Origin: Enoplolaimus lenunculus
Taxonomy: Eukaryota
Assembly (NCBI GenBank): GCA_030248215.1
Contig: JASANG010002067.1
Location: forward strand, 62,001-126,000
Reading direction: 5' to 3'
Length of the DNA: 64,000 nt
Shown: piece by piece, positions 34,949-48,800 of the stretch
Numbering within the stretch: the first letter of the stretch is position 1
Layout: every line of letters starts with the position of its first letter
Translations under genes and position numbers: made by a program
The notes under the pieces: generated by a model
The model's input: the letters and a program-made list of their open reading frames with translations, nothing else
The model's database searches: none
What the model was told of the DNA's origin: nothing

Positions 34949-37900
34949 TTACGAATACACAGCTCGATTCTGTGTTGTGTTGCCATCTAACGGCTTACCA
35001 ACCAAGCCTTGAAACGCTGCAAGTTGTTCGCGACCGCCAGTTAATTTGTGAAACATGTCTTCATCGATTTGCTCATTGTGGTCTTTTGACCGCATTGACA
35101 AGAAAATATAGCCACCAATAAATTCATGCGGAATCTGCACAATAAAGTTTCATTTTAAGCTCACATGGGCGCACCCAGGAATTTGGAAAGGACTGGTTAT
35201 GTTCCATAAAAGCTTCAAAGGGAGTCTTGTGCTGCAAACTGAAACCGTGTCTACAAACCACTGTACAAAAATTGCAAAACAGTGCTTGACATCTAAAACC
35301 GCCCCGACTACGCCCTCACGATATATCAATTAATCTCGTAATTGGCTATACACGCAACATGCCACATGTCCATTAATCTCGTAACTGGCTATACCCGCAA
35401 CATGCCACATGTCCCTGATAGTGTGTTAACAATTTTTACTTCTATTTAGTGAACAATTTTACTGCATTTGGGTCCTCATTCGCCTGTTATATTATAAAAT
35501 AAATAACTGTGTATGCGGTTACACATGCATTGTAAATCAATCGATGTTTTATGCTTGAGAACAACAAACGTAAAGAAACTGACAATTCATGGCAGCGTGT
35601 GCAAACGCTAACTTGAATGCTGTATCAATTCTACGTCAACATTCACAGAACCGAATGTTTAATGTAGATGTTCTCGTGATACCAAGATGAAGAAAAATCT
35701 ATTTCGAACCACTGAAGGATGATGAATGCTTCAGCGTACGCACTATGTAAACAATTTGTGTTTAGAATTAAAAATCTATGGTGATTTTCACAAATACATT
35801 AAGTGACGTTCACAAAATGCGACCGGATGTTAAAACACCAGACATTATGTACGTAAAAAGATAACGAAATTTTAATCGAATGTCAATGCCTTTGGTCAAT
35901 TTCATTCATTCTACAAGCTAGTGTGCGTTCCAAAATCCAAACAATGAATTTTAAAGTCCATCTCACTACAGATACCAATTCTTATAACGTTCGGTGGTAA
36001 GGCCATAAGCTGGAATGAGTTATCCGGTCGCATGTATTGAGAAATTATTTATTTGATGCCCTAATGTTTAATGTTACGTACCTTGCAATCGGCAGACAAC
36101 GGCCTGAATACAATGTCCTTATCTTCAAATTGAATGTAAACGTTTTTAATTTCCCAATTCACGTGCCATTTGTTCATCGTATTGAAACGCCAAGTTTTTA
36201 CTGAATCTCCGCTGTCAATGTTCATTTTCATAATGCGATTATAGGCAATGCCCAGAAGTTCCTGAACACAAACACACACTTTTTGTAATATTGCCAATAC
36301 AGTTCAGTGACAAGTGCAAAGGATATTTTGATAGCAGTGTTTCATATGACAATTCTTATGAATAAATGGTCGGTTGAAATCATTCGAAAAGTAATGCGGT
36401 CCGTTTTTACTTCGCAACGCTGAGCACAAACAAAATAACCGGTGCTGTCCTAATACCTCAGTATCAAAAACACGCACAATGAACCACAGCCGGAAACAGC
36501 AAATTGAAATCGAAATAATAAATGCATTGAAAATCCAGACACCGTTTGCCCAAAACAGACAATCACGTTTATGACTCCTTTTGGTATTATCATGTCAATA
36601 TTTGCGTTTATAATAACTACACATAAGACAAAAAGTTTGGAATACTACCTCCTTTTTTGATTTTTCAAATTTAACCACAAAATAATGAATTCCATATTCT
36701 GGTAAGGACTGCCACGCTCGAATAAACTGTAACTTGGCATCGATTAACGACAAATCTTTTACTTTAGTGTGTGCTTTTAATATTCTGTTCCATGTCTGAA
36801 ACAAAAAATTTACAATTAGTTAAACTTCAGCATTATATTTCAACGGGGTAGATAAAATTAGATTTACAACTTTAAAACAATGTTGATGTTTTGTATTAAT
36901 AGATTTCGGAATAGAAATTATTTGACAGCGGGCGGAATTCCGGAAAATGGATGCACAACCGCCTACCAAATTAGTGTAACGAATAAACAAACAAACATTG
37001 TGATTGATAAATACTCGCTCGGGCCATAACTGAGATCTATCGAATAGACCACCTTCCATTTAATTTCTAGATCCTGATTCCGTACCTTCGCCAGATAGCG
37101 TATCCAAGAAATTATACGACAATATATGTATTCAAACATACTTGGACATGTTGCAATCAAAGCATATATCGCACGGTGCGTAGAACATAGAGAATGTAAA
37201 TGCCAATAAACTAATGAATGGACAATTAGCACTAAGGAAACATAAATGTTTCAACCAAACAATGAAAGGGTTGAAACTTACGTGACTCTTTGATTTCCAT
37301 TTCTTTAATAATCTTTGCGACACTAACTCGTCTGGATCCAATTCCTTTGGCGCATCCTGAAAACATATAGCGAACGGCACTAATTATTGCTACTCAACAA
37401 AATATAAAAATAATGAAAAATAAACACAAACAAATAAAATGAATAAACAACGAACACGTGTGATAGATATCAGTCTGTGTTTAAGTTTAATTCTTGTATT
37501 CCATACACGATAACACTGCCCATAAATCCCAAACAAGATCGCACTTACAACTTGGGTTCCATTCTGCGCAGGGTGTTGCATATCAAGTAATTTTTTCAGC
37601 GATTCAACTTCTTGAGGATACGACGCGTCGGCCATAGTTTTTCCCTTTGATGCTAACTTACATCCAGCCATCCATGTCGCATATTGATTTTCCTAGAAAG
37701 TAACAATATATAATTCGTCAGTAATATTCAGCGCATTTAGTCGAAGGATTTCCGCACTCATAAATCTGCGCAGCGCACGTTGTCTCCAATTTTAGCGCAG
37801 AAATAACTGATAAAAAGGTACGAATACTACCGCTTTCATTGTTGAAATAATTACCGTAGCTATGTACCTTTCTATCAAAGTTTACTTATCTGTACACATA

Positions 37901-40900
37901 CATACATACATACAACTTACTTAATAGTGCAAGCACCAACGACACCTCACCGAAAAATAAATGTTTTGTAACTTTAGAACAAGTGAACACAATGTTTTAA
38001 AATTTAGTACAGTTTAAAAAAAGTTGTCCCGCTGGCGTCCTCTAAAATTTAGTAGTTTAAAAAAGTTGTTCCGCGGCCGTCCTTAATATCTCATTTGGAA
38101 ACCAGTCGCAAGTCGCAACATTTCATATTTTGGGGCCTGAAGAAACTTACCGAATTACATCGAATACAGAATTCATTCATTCCATCAGCGGTGGGAATTA
38201 AAAGTTTAATCACGAATCGACTTTGACTCAGATGTATATCCGGAGTGACTTCGCAGCCCTTGAGGAGAATTTTACCGAGAGGCGCAACACCTTGTTGATA
38301 GTCAGACTGAGAACGATAATATGTTAAATACAAATCACGGAACATGAAGTAGCACTGTTTCCATGATTTGATACCAAACCGTTTCGGCCTTCAACAAAAC
38401 AAATGCATTATTTAAAAATAAGTTAAATCGAAAACACGCTGCTCCAAAAAACAAGCTGAGTAAGAAGCAATTTTTAACTCATATCAAATTAGCTTGCTAC
38501 GTACACTATTTTTTAAAGATTCGATTGTCGAATTTCCAAACTTACTTGTTGCAATACAAATTATCCGATAACTCAGGCACAGCTGTTAGATCACTGTTTC
38601 TCGTTACGGACACCTGGCCTGTCCCCGAAACGTCGCTGATTCCAAATCCAGAAACACCACCAAATCTCATACTGCCATCCAAGGCGGATTCGAGTTCATC
38701 GAGCGCTGATGCTACATCATCAACGGCAATATTTGGCGAGCTGCCACCAGTTCTTTGTGGACCTTGGAGAACTGCTTCTGCGCTGTGTTGATCTCGACCA
38801 TTTGCTTGCGCTGAACCAATTGCCCCATTGGATCTATCTTGCATGGACAACCCAGAATATAGCCCATCGCTTTGGTGCTGAATCTGGAGCTAAATAAACA
38901 AACAAACAAACAGTCTGTGCTTGAATATGGTGAAACTAAAATATTTTTACGACCCTCACATCTTAACAAACAGGGTGCAGTTTGCAATAGGTATGCATTT
39001 GGTTAAAATGAAAATTATTACTTGTAGAATTTACTGAGGAAAACCATTGCACGTAAGTTTTACATTTATATACCTTGGTTATTGGTTTCGCGTCTATTTC
39101 ATACTTTGTTTAGAGACAAGTTAACTTGCACCAAAAATTAAAGCGTAAGCATCAAATAAAAAATTAATTTGGCGTTATATTTTATCTGTTTAACGCTTTA
39201 AACGTTTATATAAACAGAAATGTGATGTCAACCAGGGTGGAAACAAAGCTTCGGATTGGTGATAAAACCGAATCCAAAAGTCGAATCAGACAATGTTCGG
39301 CAATATTTTTTTCATTTTTGAACAATAAATATTTTGAATAACTTGTTATGTAAATCAATATTTTTGTTTCAAAAAACAAATCTCAGAACTGAGGTCGGGC
39401 ACGAAATATATTAACGTTTACAAGTTATGCGGCCGGCACTGCGTTGATGTTGTGAAACAAATTATACGTATATCTGAAATTTGCAACATGCAAAGATTCG
39501 GATTCGGTCTAAGGTTCAGCAAATTAGCACTGGATTCGGATTCGTTCAAATTGTGGTTTCAATGCCACCCTGATGTCAACACCGTTCAATGTTGAATATT
39601 CCGAAATCACTGTATTTATGGAAGCAGTCATAAAACTGAGGTAAAATTGAAATTCAACCTAAAATGCGCCAAACGATTCATGAACTGTTGTTCATTTACA
39701 TACTTGCAATGCTGCAAACATAATGGCTTCTTCTTCTGTGCAGTCAATTTGTTCTGCTAGTACTGCCCATCGCGCCTGCTCATAAATTTGATTCACGCGA
39801 ACAGCGTCGTACTAAAATTAGAGAGACAAATAACACGTTCTTAAACCTTAGCAGATGACTATCCTCCTTCTAACCACTTTAACCAGAGGGAATTAATCCA
39901 CCCACGAGAACATGAAGAGAAATTCTTCTTTACAGATTATTAATGAACATAATCAGCTGCAAAATTGCAAAATACTGTTACAAAAAGCACATAACATTCG
40001 TCTGTCTAGTTGTGAGTGGGTGGCTATGTATGCAAGAAACTAACGACGGCGTGTTCCTAATGTCGAATTCATAATATTGTAACGGAGTCAATTTATCCAA
40101 ACTAAAAATGTCTCTGCCGAAGTTACTGTTCCTCATCTTTTCAAAATTTTTATTGTAACAGCAGATCGCAAATGTACCTTAGGGTTAAGATCAAAGAAAT
40201 TCAAAAACTTGAAACGCAACAAAATTAAATCCAGATCTGTGACACCTTGCTCCATGAGGGAAATTGATGAATCAAGCCAACTGAAAATACGAATGCATAA
40301 ACACAGTACATTTCAAAGTAACTAGGTATAGGCAATAGTAGGACAGACAGATGTATATAATGTAGGTTACTAAACCGAACATACAGGTTTTCTAAATTAA
40401 TGCACCTGCTTTTGCAGTACAATAGAGTCACATATGAAATAATTTGCTTATAGCTCAGTACTGCATATCTATCTTATTCCTGTTTCAAGACTAGTTCAAT
40501 TCTGCGAAAACAACACCGACAGCTATTCATGTTATCGCTAAATAAAGTATGTCGGAAACGAAATAGGTGAATTTCAACACTTACAATACAGTAACCATGT
40601 GAAAACTGAAAACCACTGAACGGTGAATAATTTACAAACAAAATTACAAAATAATAAAGTGAGTAGGTTGTCGTCAACTCCACAAAACATCAGGTTCTTG
40701 GCTTTATGTTCCCCATCAGCCGAAAGCATTTGCTAGTTACATGGAAACACAGTATTGAGTTACGAAATGCGTTTTACTGGCGGAATATGAAAAAAGTAGA
40801 GTGCAACCGGAATTACAATTTACCGGAACCGGAATTAAAAAATTATCGGAAAATGAAAAACACATGCCTTCGAAAAATTCATTTTAATTTTGTTTTTCTG

Positions 40901-43900
40901 CAATAATATTGGTGAAATAGCCCTAGTTAGAAATAGGTCACTTTATCTCCTGTATTTTAGATTTTCATAATCCACGGCAGCGAAATCTACTTTCGATGGT
41001 TTATTTTTGGCCATTGTCAGTCAAGGTTTATATACTATGCTAATGAAATTATTTAATTTTTATCGTTATTTTTTGGTAAAACATCTTAATTTCCGTCGAC
41101 CAAAATTTAATACCGCGGTAAAAATTTGCAGCAAATGGAACCGGGACCGGAAGATGAAAAAATGCCGGAACCGAAACCGGAATTTCGCTTGCACCCTGGA
41201 AAAAAGTATTGTTTGGTCAAAATAATCGTTACATGCTAGTGCTACGTAGACAAGCATGATGTTGTTGGAAAATGAAGCGCTGGACCTAAGCATTCGTTTT
41301 TGCTAATCTAATGTAGCCTAAAATGAATGCTAGTACACGTTTTACAGAGCGTCCGCATGACCCAAACAACAGATTCTTATTCCGATCTTCACGCATCGCA
41401 ACAATTGAGGAACGCAATCAAAATTTGGCGCCCACAAGTTGACGTTGGCCGAAAAGTATCTCTAGTTGTAAAACGTTCATGTATATTCTCACTTTTGATT
41501 CAGCAGCGCCTTTTGAGCATAATTCTTCGGTCGAAGCATCATTTCATACGCAAGCTTTGAAGGTGTTTGGGGTGAAACGGCTAGAGAATCGTCTTGATCC
41601 GAGTGACCTCCGCTGCTGTCGAATGAAATGCTATGATGTGGTGTGCCAATGCTACCTGAACCACGGCCGCTAACGCTTAACGGGGAAGTTACGCTTGAGC
41701 TGTGAACAATTATCTGAAAACAAAAAACCAGAATTAACGCATAGCTTCGTTGGAATGTGTGAAATTCCCAAAACCGTACTGCAAAAATTCAAAACAAATG
41801 CCCAATAGACTCAAATTGACATGCAAATAGCAATATTTCAGTTTAGAAACTATACCTGTTACAGGGTTTAAAAGCAAACAGAACTAACTGGAGGATTATT
41901 GGCGTAAGCAGCGGGCAAAGGCGATACTGCCGGTCTCCTGGGAGACATGGCGGCACCGTTTGTCGAGCCAATTAGGTCAGGCGCTAGCTTAGCGGGTAAG
42001 TTAGTTTTGGGTCTCGGCGAGGGTGGATTTTCCGTTAGCGGAAGGCGGGGTGACGCGGCTAGATTCCCATTAGATGACAGGTTATAAGCTGAACGGTTGT
42101 CGCGCGATAACGTTGAGTGAAATTTTCGGTTTCTTGGAAGAGCTGGATTGGGCAAACTGGTTCGACGGTTATGATGTTCTGCAAACGTGTAATCGGAATC
42201 TACTGGAAACTTTTTGAGCGAAGCTGGAGGCACATAACGCCTAAACGAAAGCTCTTCCGGATGTCGGATGCCTAAACGAAACAAGCAAATGCGTGTATGC
42301 AAACTAAAATATCGGCATATAATATACGTAGTCGCTCAACCATCGGTGTAGCCAGGATTTTTTAAACAGAGATGCACTCTACAAAAGTTTCCAACGAGGG
42401 TTTGTTGTTTTGCAAACTTAAACCGTTAATAAACATCCCGGAAGTAAAATCGCAAAGGTGTGTTTTGATCCCCTGAAACTCTTCTAGCTATGCCTCTGCG
42501 CTCAATTCAGTGTAATTTTTGCCACAATAAACTTACTTACCGGCGAAACCCAGCCGGCCAAACATGGCTATCATAAAAATTGAGAATAAAACGATGTTTC
42601 AATAAATTAAATGCAAAACACTTCGTTGACACAAACATGCCTAAACATTGCTGAGCGTAAACAGCAACACTCTTTTTTGAATTTTAGACAAACGCAACTC
42701 GATGACAATAATACTAATTCAAAAACCAGAAAAAACCGAACAATAGCCATTCAATGGTTCCGGGTTGCGTAACGACATTGCTGCTCTGCTTGCTGCACCT
42801 CAAACAAAACCTGAACGTACTAAACTTACCAAGCTCTTTTCCAACTTGGATTACGGTGTGAAATACTGGCACTGAAAAATCGATTCGTATTTCCACCAAC
42901 TGAAGGTCAGGCAGTTGAATAAGAGCAATCTAAAGTTAATAAATTACAGCCCGTACGCAAGTCGAAAATAAATTACTAAAATTAACAGACACAGAAATCC
43001 GGAATCCAGCCCGGCGCACGACTTCTGGAGTGAATTTAAACACAAAATGAACATTTGTCTCGCCACTAGCCGTTAGTGCTCAAACTAGAACGAAATTTTT
43101 TTCGAAAAACTACCGATTATCACAACGTTACAAAAATTTTTCATATCTTACAAATTAACGACTACAACCTCACTCATTACAATTTTATGATTTCGACAAA
43201 TAAGTATATTCACCTTGTGCATTGGAGTAAACTGAAGTTCGGCATCCGCAGACAGTCCATATTGGTCCAGGCTGGCTCGCGTCTGAGAGAGCCACTTACC
43301 TCGTTCAGGCCACCAAAGCGCATGATCGGACCAATCACGAGACACATCTTTAATCAAACAACAGTAAGAAATATACGAACAGCGAATGAGGGTTGAGATA
43401 TTTTGAAGCAGCAAATACGAGCGCTATTGGAACAGAATAACTGATAATTTAACTAAGAACGGTAGACGTAAACCAAAAATTTCTATAAACATATTGACAC
43501 AAGTGTATTGAACTGTCCACCCAGTAGAATGCACTGCATGTATCTTGCTGTAGGCATGGGCGTAGCCTGGATTTTGGAAAAAGGTTCATTTCCTAAACTT
43601 GCTTATTGTGGGTAAACCTACGTAGTTTGTTATCCTGTTAGTTACATACGAATAAAACCATCTGAAACAGCAAACTTATTTATCGCGTGCGTCTTTGATA
43701 AAAGCAGTAACATCTTAGCAAAGTAATACGCTTGCCAAAATTGAAACAAAACGTACCTAAACCCTCTACAATTTTCAACATTACACCGCCGACGTGTAGC
43801 TCTCCAGTAACACGGAATTGCTTTTCAGTTTCCAAGTCACTAATATACACACGCAAATCCCACGATCCGTCACCAGCTTTACCAACACCGTCGTTTAGCA

Positions 43901-43901
43901 T
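34949..43901 (-). CDS. unc-112: Kindlin / fermitin family FERM-PH integrin adaptor (UNC-112 ortholog), 14 exons, ~835 aa
   Basis: Exons: 43901-43757, 43347-43214, 42929-42830, 42271-41889, 41713-41493, 40280-40178, 39811-39704, 38889-38546, 38388-38151, 37692-37549, 37356-37282, 36795-36649, 36261-36082, 35134-34949. All introns are GT-AG, phases are consistent and the total is 2508 nt. Motifs: [105 protein letters not shown]. Confidence 0.96.
35329..35414. repeat. ~43-bp tandem duplication in a kindlin intron
   Basis: TTAATCTCGTAA(T/C)TGGCTATAC(A/C)CGCAACATGCCACATGTCC occurs twice. Confidence 0.8.
39233..39572. mobile_element. hAT-type MITE
   Basis: CAGGGTGG...CCACCCTG with exact TSD ATGTCAAC. 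Confidence 0.82.
40797..41198. mobile_element. hAT-type MITE (AGGGTGCAACCGG family)
   Basis: Exact TSD GAAAAAAG; similar to 12648-13012. Confidence 0.85.
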
Positions 43902-45458
43902 TGTCCACAATGTGAGTCTTGATATTAAAACTTATACATCTATTTCACACACAATCGTGGTGCAGGCATAACTTCAGTGCCTCTAGGTAAGCAGCAATTT
44001 GAGCCACAGGTTGTTTAATACAGCGAAGACAACATAGGTAAACAAAAATACAAACTACAGCCGACGATTGATATTAATGCAGTTGCGGTAAACAATAATA
44101 GAAAATAAAGTTTGAGCGGCTTCTAAAATAAATGTAAACAAGTAAACATTTTTTAACAACAGATTTTATGAAGAACGCCTATCTTATTGCCAGTGACAGG
44201 AAATTAAAACACAAAAACAACTGTTTCGGTAAGGATCTCGCGTTCGCAGAGGCACGTATGTCCGGCGTAGGAATAGTCGCAGGGTGCAGCCGAAATTATA
44301 AAATTCCGGAACCGGAATGTTGAAAAATACCGGAACCGGAGCCGGAAAACAAAAACACTTCTTATATACGCAAAAATTCAATTTCAAAGCTATTTTATTG
44401 CTTTTAATGGGAAAATTATCGCTTTTAATGGGAAAATAGTTTGTTAGCGATACGAGGTAAAAAATTTTAACCTACTTGTTGTGATTTATAAATCCCCACT
44501 TTCAACTATAAGCTAAATTAGGTCTTCAATGTATTTTTAGTGAACTTCGGGCAATGTTAGTTAATTAGATGACGACGAGCATTCTATATGAGACATTTGG
44601 TTATTCCTCTGTGCATAAATTATGTACTATGACACAAGTTGAAAATTATGGTATGTAATACACGCTCAAAATACCAGATGTTGCACCCTACAGTGAAGTA
44701 TACTTATCGCACCAGCCCACACATATCTTTACCATAGGTAAGGTAGGCTCGAATCTGACATCAGACCCCTTTAAATAAGCATTCGAGCATTCGGAAAAGC
44801 AAGCTTTCTGCGAATTCTGAAGCCAACTAAGCCTTAAGCGAACGTTCTTGCACTAAGCCACGCAGACCAGTTGGTCAACTACTTTCACTGTCAACAATAT
44901 ATGTAATGCTTACAAATATATGACAACCGGAAAATAACATATAAAACGTGTTGTGCTTCATAACATAACGAAAAATATTGTTTTAAGGATTGAGAATACT
45001 CAATCGTCTTTGAAAACCTTAAATGGAAAATTGAACGGAAAGCAAATCGATTACATAATGTAGGGCATTCGCCGGAGTGGGTGTTCCTCAACCGCAAAAC
45101 AGAAAACCTCCACGGTATGCCATGGTACAGAAAGAGTGAACGATGTGCTTCGTTACAAATAACCCAGACTGAATTACACCAAAATGTTTCAAGACAAAAG
45201 CAAGAAACATCATTTAAGCAACAACGAGAAGTGTAACCTGATCTAGCGGTCCGTCTTCTGCAATTAAACTGACTGCGTTACTAAAAAAGAATTCTTTAGT
45301 GTACACAACAAGTTTGACTACGTGTTGAACGAATAACCACTCAAACTAAATAAAAAGTTCTCAAGTTTAGGCACAGCATAGTAAAGTTTGCGATTCCAGG
45401 ACTCCGTATAATCGCAGGATTGAAAATAAATAATAAATATCTTGTAATATCTATTCAC

Positions 45459-45854
45459 CAGGGTGCAACCGGAATTACAATTTACCGGAACCGGAACCGG
45501 AATTTGAAAATTTTACCGGAACCGGAACCGGAAAATGAAAAATGCATTTCACAAAACATTTCATTTTAATCTCATTTTTTGCTCTATTATTTGTGAAATA
45601 ACCTTAGTTGAACATAGGTATTTATTTTATTTGTTGTATTTTAGATTTTCATCATCGAATGAAGTGAAATCCACCATCAATGGCTTATATTCGGAGTACA
45701 AGTGGCTTTCAAAAGAGATTCTTAAAAATTAGCAAAGTTAAGAAAACGGCCAAATTATAATACCGGAATTTTTAAATCCGGTAAAATTTACCGGAACCGG
45801 AACCGGAAGGTGAAAAAATGCCGGAACCGGAACCGGAATTCCGGTTGCACCCTG
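45459..45854. mobile_element. hAT-type MITE (AGGGTGCAACCGG family) with perfect TIRs but no TSD
   Basis: CAGGGTGCAACCGGAATT / AATTCCGGTTGCACCCTG; flanks CTATTCAC vs GCTACGAG. Confidence 0.85.
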
Positions 45855-48800
45855 GCTACGAGATATTTTTGACGACTTACTTCCATCCCTGATTCAGACA
45901 CACACTAAACTCTCGATTGCAAAAAGTTTAAATATTTGTGTTCGGCATGACAGCTTCAGCATCTCGGACCTCAAATGATACATGAATCATATATACTACT
46001 AGAAATATGCAGACAATAAAACCAAAAATCCGTTCTCCCTTTCGATTCCACGAACCGCACTGTCGGTAAACCACCAAGAGACTACAACAACGAAACAAAA
46101 TTATGATTCATTACGTACCGATAAAGCTTGTGCAAACTAACTGAGTCTAGTTGCGCGTACGAGAACTACAAGTCTAAAGCGAACCAACCAAATATATAAC
46201 GACTACTTATAAATAAAGTGCAGCCGCAGATACGGAAAACTTGTAGCAGGAATATGTTTGACGAGTAGGCAGAGCAAATGCTTGAATTAAAACGTTTTCG
46301 GTTAGCTATTTCAAATCTTATATCTGATAGCTGTAAGAATAAAGCCTATATATACAAACTGTGTATCATAGTCGAAAAGTTGAAAATGATTTCCCAGGCA
46401 CTGCATTTATTAAATACAAGACGCCAGGTTTATCTTTTGGTTTCTGTACAGGTCAATTTTACGAACACATGGGCACTAAAAATTCTAAAAAAGGAAACTT
46501 TTAAACTATTTCTAACTGAAACATGTCAATGACTACATTATTATCGAGTTACCACTATGTAAAACTCACAGTTGTATGTACCACTGCATAGCCTACACAG
46601 ACGCATATCACACAGACTGGTCTGTTAAAATTTATGCATGCCGCCTAAGAACCGGCTGAACCAAGGGTGGGTACCATGCGTAAGAAACGAATTTCCTTCC
46701 GACCTCACCGTGCGCAACGAATTGCCAAATCTCACATTGAATGACGAAGTCATACATGCAGACAGACACTAAAGCCAACCGAGTTGAATAATAAGTTGAA
46801 GTTGACTGTTTTTGCTCTCAACAAACTTATCAATTAACAATTAACATACGGTTCATAATGGCGGATCTAGGTGCAGCTCAGATTAATGGAGGCCTCCTTT
46901 TCAAGCCACAACTTTGGCAGACTTCGCAAATTCCTAATTTTCATGCTCGTACAGAATTACGTGCGTGATGACCGGAATGAAATTGCAATGTTCTAAATTT
47001 TGCTACATTTATAGTAATTGTGCAAAGCTGTTTTTACATACATCAAAACCCACATCCATTCGCAGTCTCGTCAGAAATTTCTGCATCCACAAATGGAAGT
47101 ATTGGCAATTACCTCGGTGGGCGACACCGGGTTTCGACAAAACAGATGTTGATCTCGGTGGATTTTGCGGAGACCTCTGTGCATGCTGGGGAACCTCGCG
47201 ATAGCATGGCGCCGGCTCTATAACCAAATGGCTGAAAATTTTGCTGCGCAATTTGTTGATTTCAAAATACTCAAAATTTTGTAAACCATGCGTTAAAAAT
47301 TGCTAAATTTAAATAACATAAACAAAACGTATGTTACGCGCCAATAACTTCCGAATCCGCCGCTGCCTGAGGCACTTAACGGCAACTGAAATTTAATACG
47401 TAGAGTAGATACAGTATTTCTGTCAACACTCAAAACACACCTGACTAGTCAGGCACGTTCTTGACACAAACAAGCTTTATAGTTCTCAAACATGCTTATT
47501 GCAACAGTACCAGGAAACAATCAATTGCTGCATTCGCAGAACAGTTTTGTTCATAAGTTTTAGCGATAATACGAACACTGTTCGTATACTTATTAGCATT
47601 TGAGCAAAACCTACTTAACTAATTCAATACAATTAGGTTAGCATTTCGAATAATTAATGCATTTTATTGACGAAAAAATATATAGCGCTACAGAACCTGA
47701 GCTGTATGCAGACGTGCTGCTTTTACAATTATTAATTAAACTAGGAACACAAGGACCAAACCAGAACGCGTACTAGTAAACATTAGAATTCTAAACCGCT
47801 TTCAATTTTTTAATCAAACCTCACGGGTGTACGCAAGAAGGGCCAATGTCTAGAACAACGCCGTAACAGTAGTATAAGCATATTTCTTACCCTGAGCCTA
47901 AGTCTAAAAGAATGGATAAGTGGGATAACTTCATGCGTTTTCCAAAAATGATTTTAGATCTTTCTCTATAACTCTACAATAATATACTTCCCACACCCCT
48001 TGAAACGAAACCCTGACTTACGTGTCAGACAAAGTCGTCAATAATAAAACTTAATATGCCACCATAAGAACAATTTCCGTCCGAAAAAGTACGTCACAAC
48101 TCACAACGCAGGCTTATAGCAACCGTTGCTGTCAACAAGTATCTGAATGAAAAACTACTAACAGTAGTTATATATTAAAACCATAGTGTTTCGTCAACAA
48201 CAAATCCTTTAAGCGTAAACTTGCATAATATACACATCTTACGCCGGCGTACGCAACTCATAAGTCAAACACTCCAGCGTTCTCGACATTTTAATATTCA
48301 TTGACAAAACAAAACTGAAACTATTTACGCATCCACAGCGTATAAAAACTGCGTACGCGGTAGTAACACGGCAGGAAATAAACATTATAATTGGCAAAGT
48401 AAATGCGGTTAAAATTCCCGCATAGGTACAACTAAATACTATCAGAATCTGCAATGTGGGATCACACAGTTCCTGGGATAGACTGGAACTAAAAAATATC
48501 GGAGCCGCACTTTTTAAAATCCGGTTCCCACAGTTATACAACACGATATTTAAAATTTAAATGCACATTTCAATAAAAATTTAAACTTAACCCCGCTAAT
48601 TATTACGCTCCTGACAATTTAGAATAAGTAAGAATAATGTCAATGTTTCCATATTTTTCGAATGAGAGTTTCAATACCGAAAATTATGGCGAAAATATAC
48701 TAGACTTATCACCGGAGCCAGATACTGAAAAAATACCGTATTTCTCTGCCGAAACTGGAATTCCGGTTGCACCCCGTCTGAAGTAGTGTAGACAGGTATG

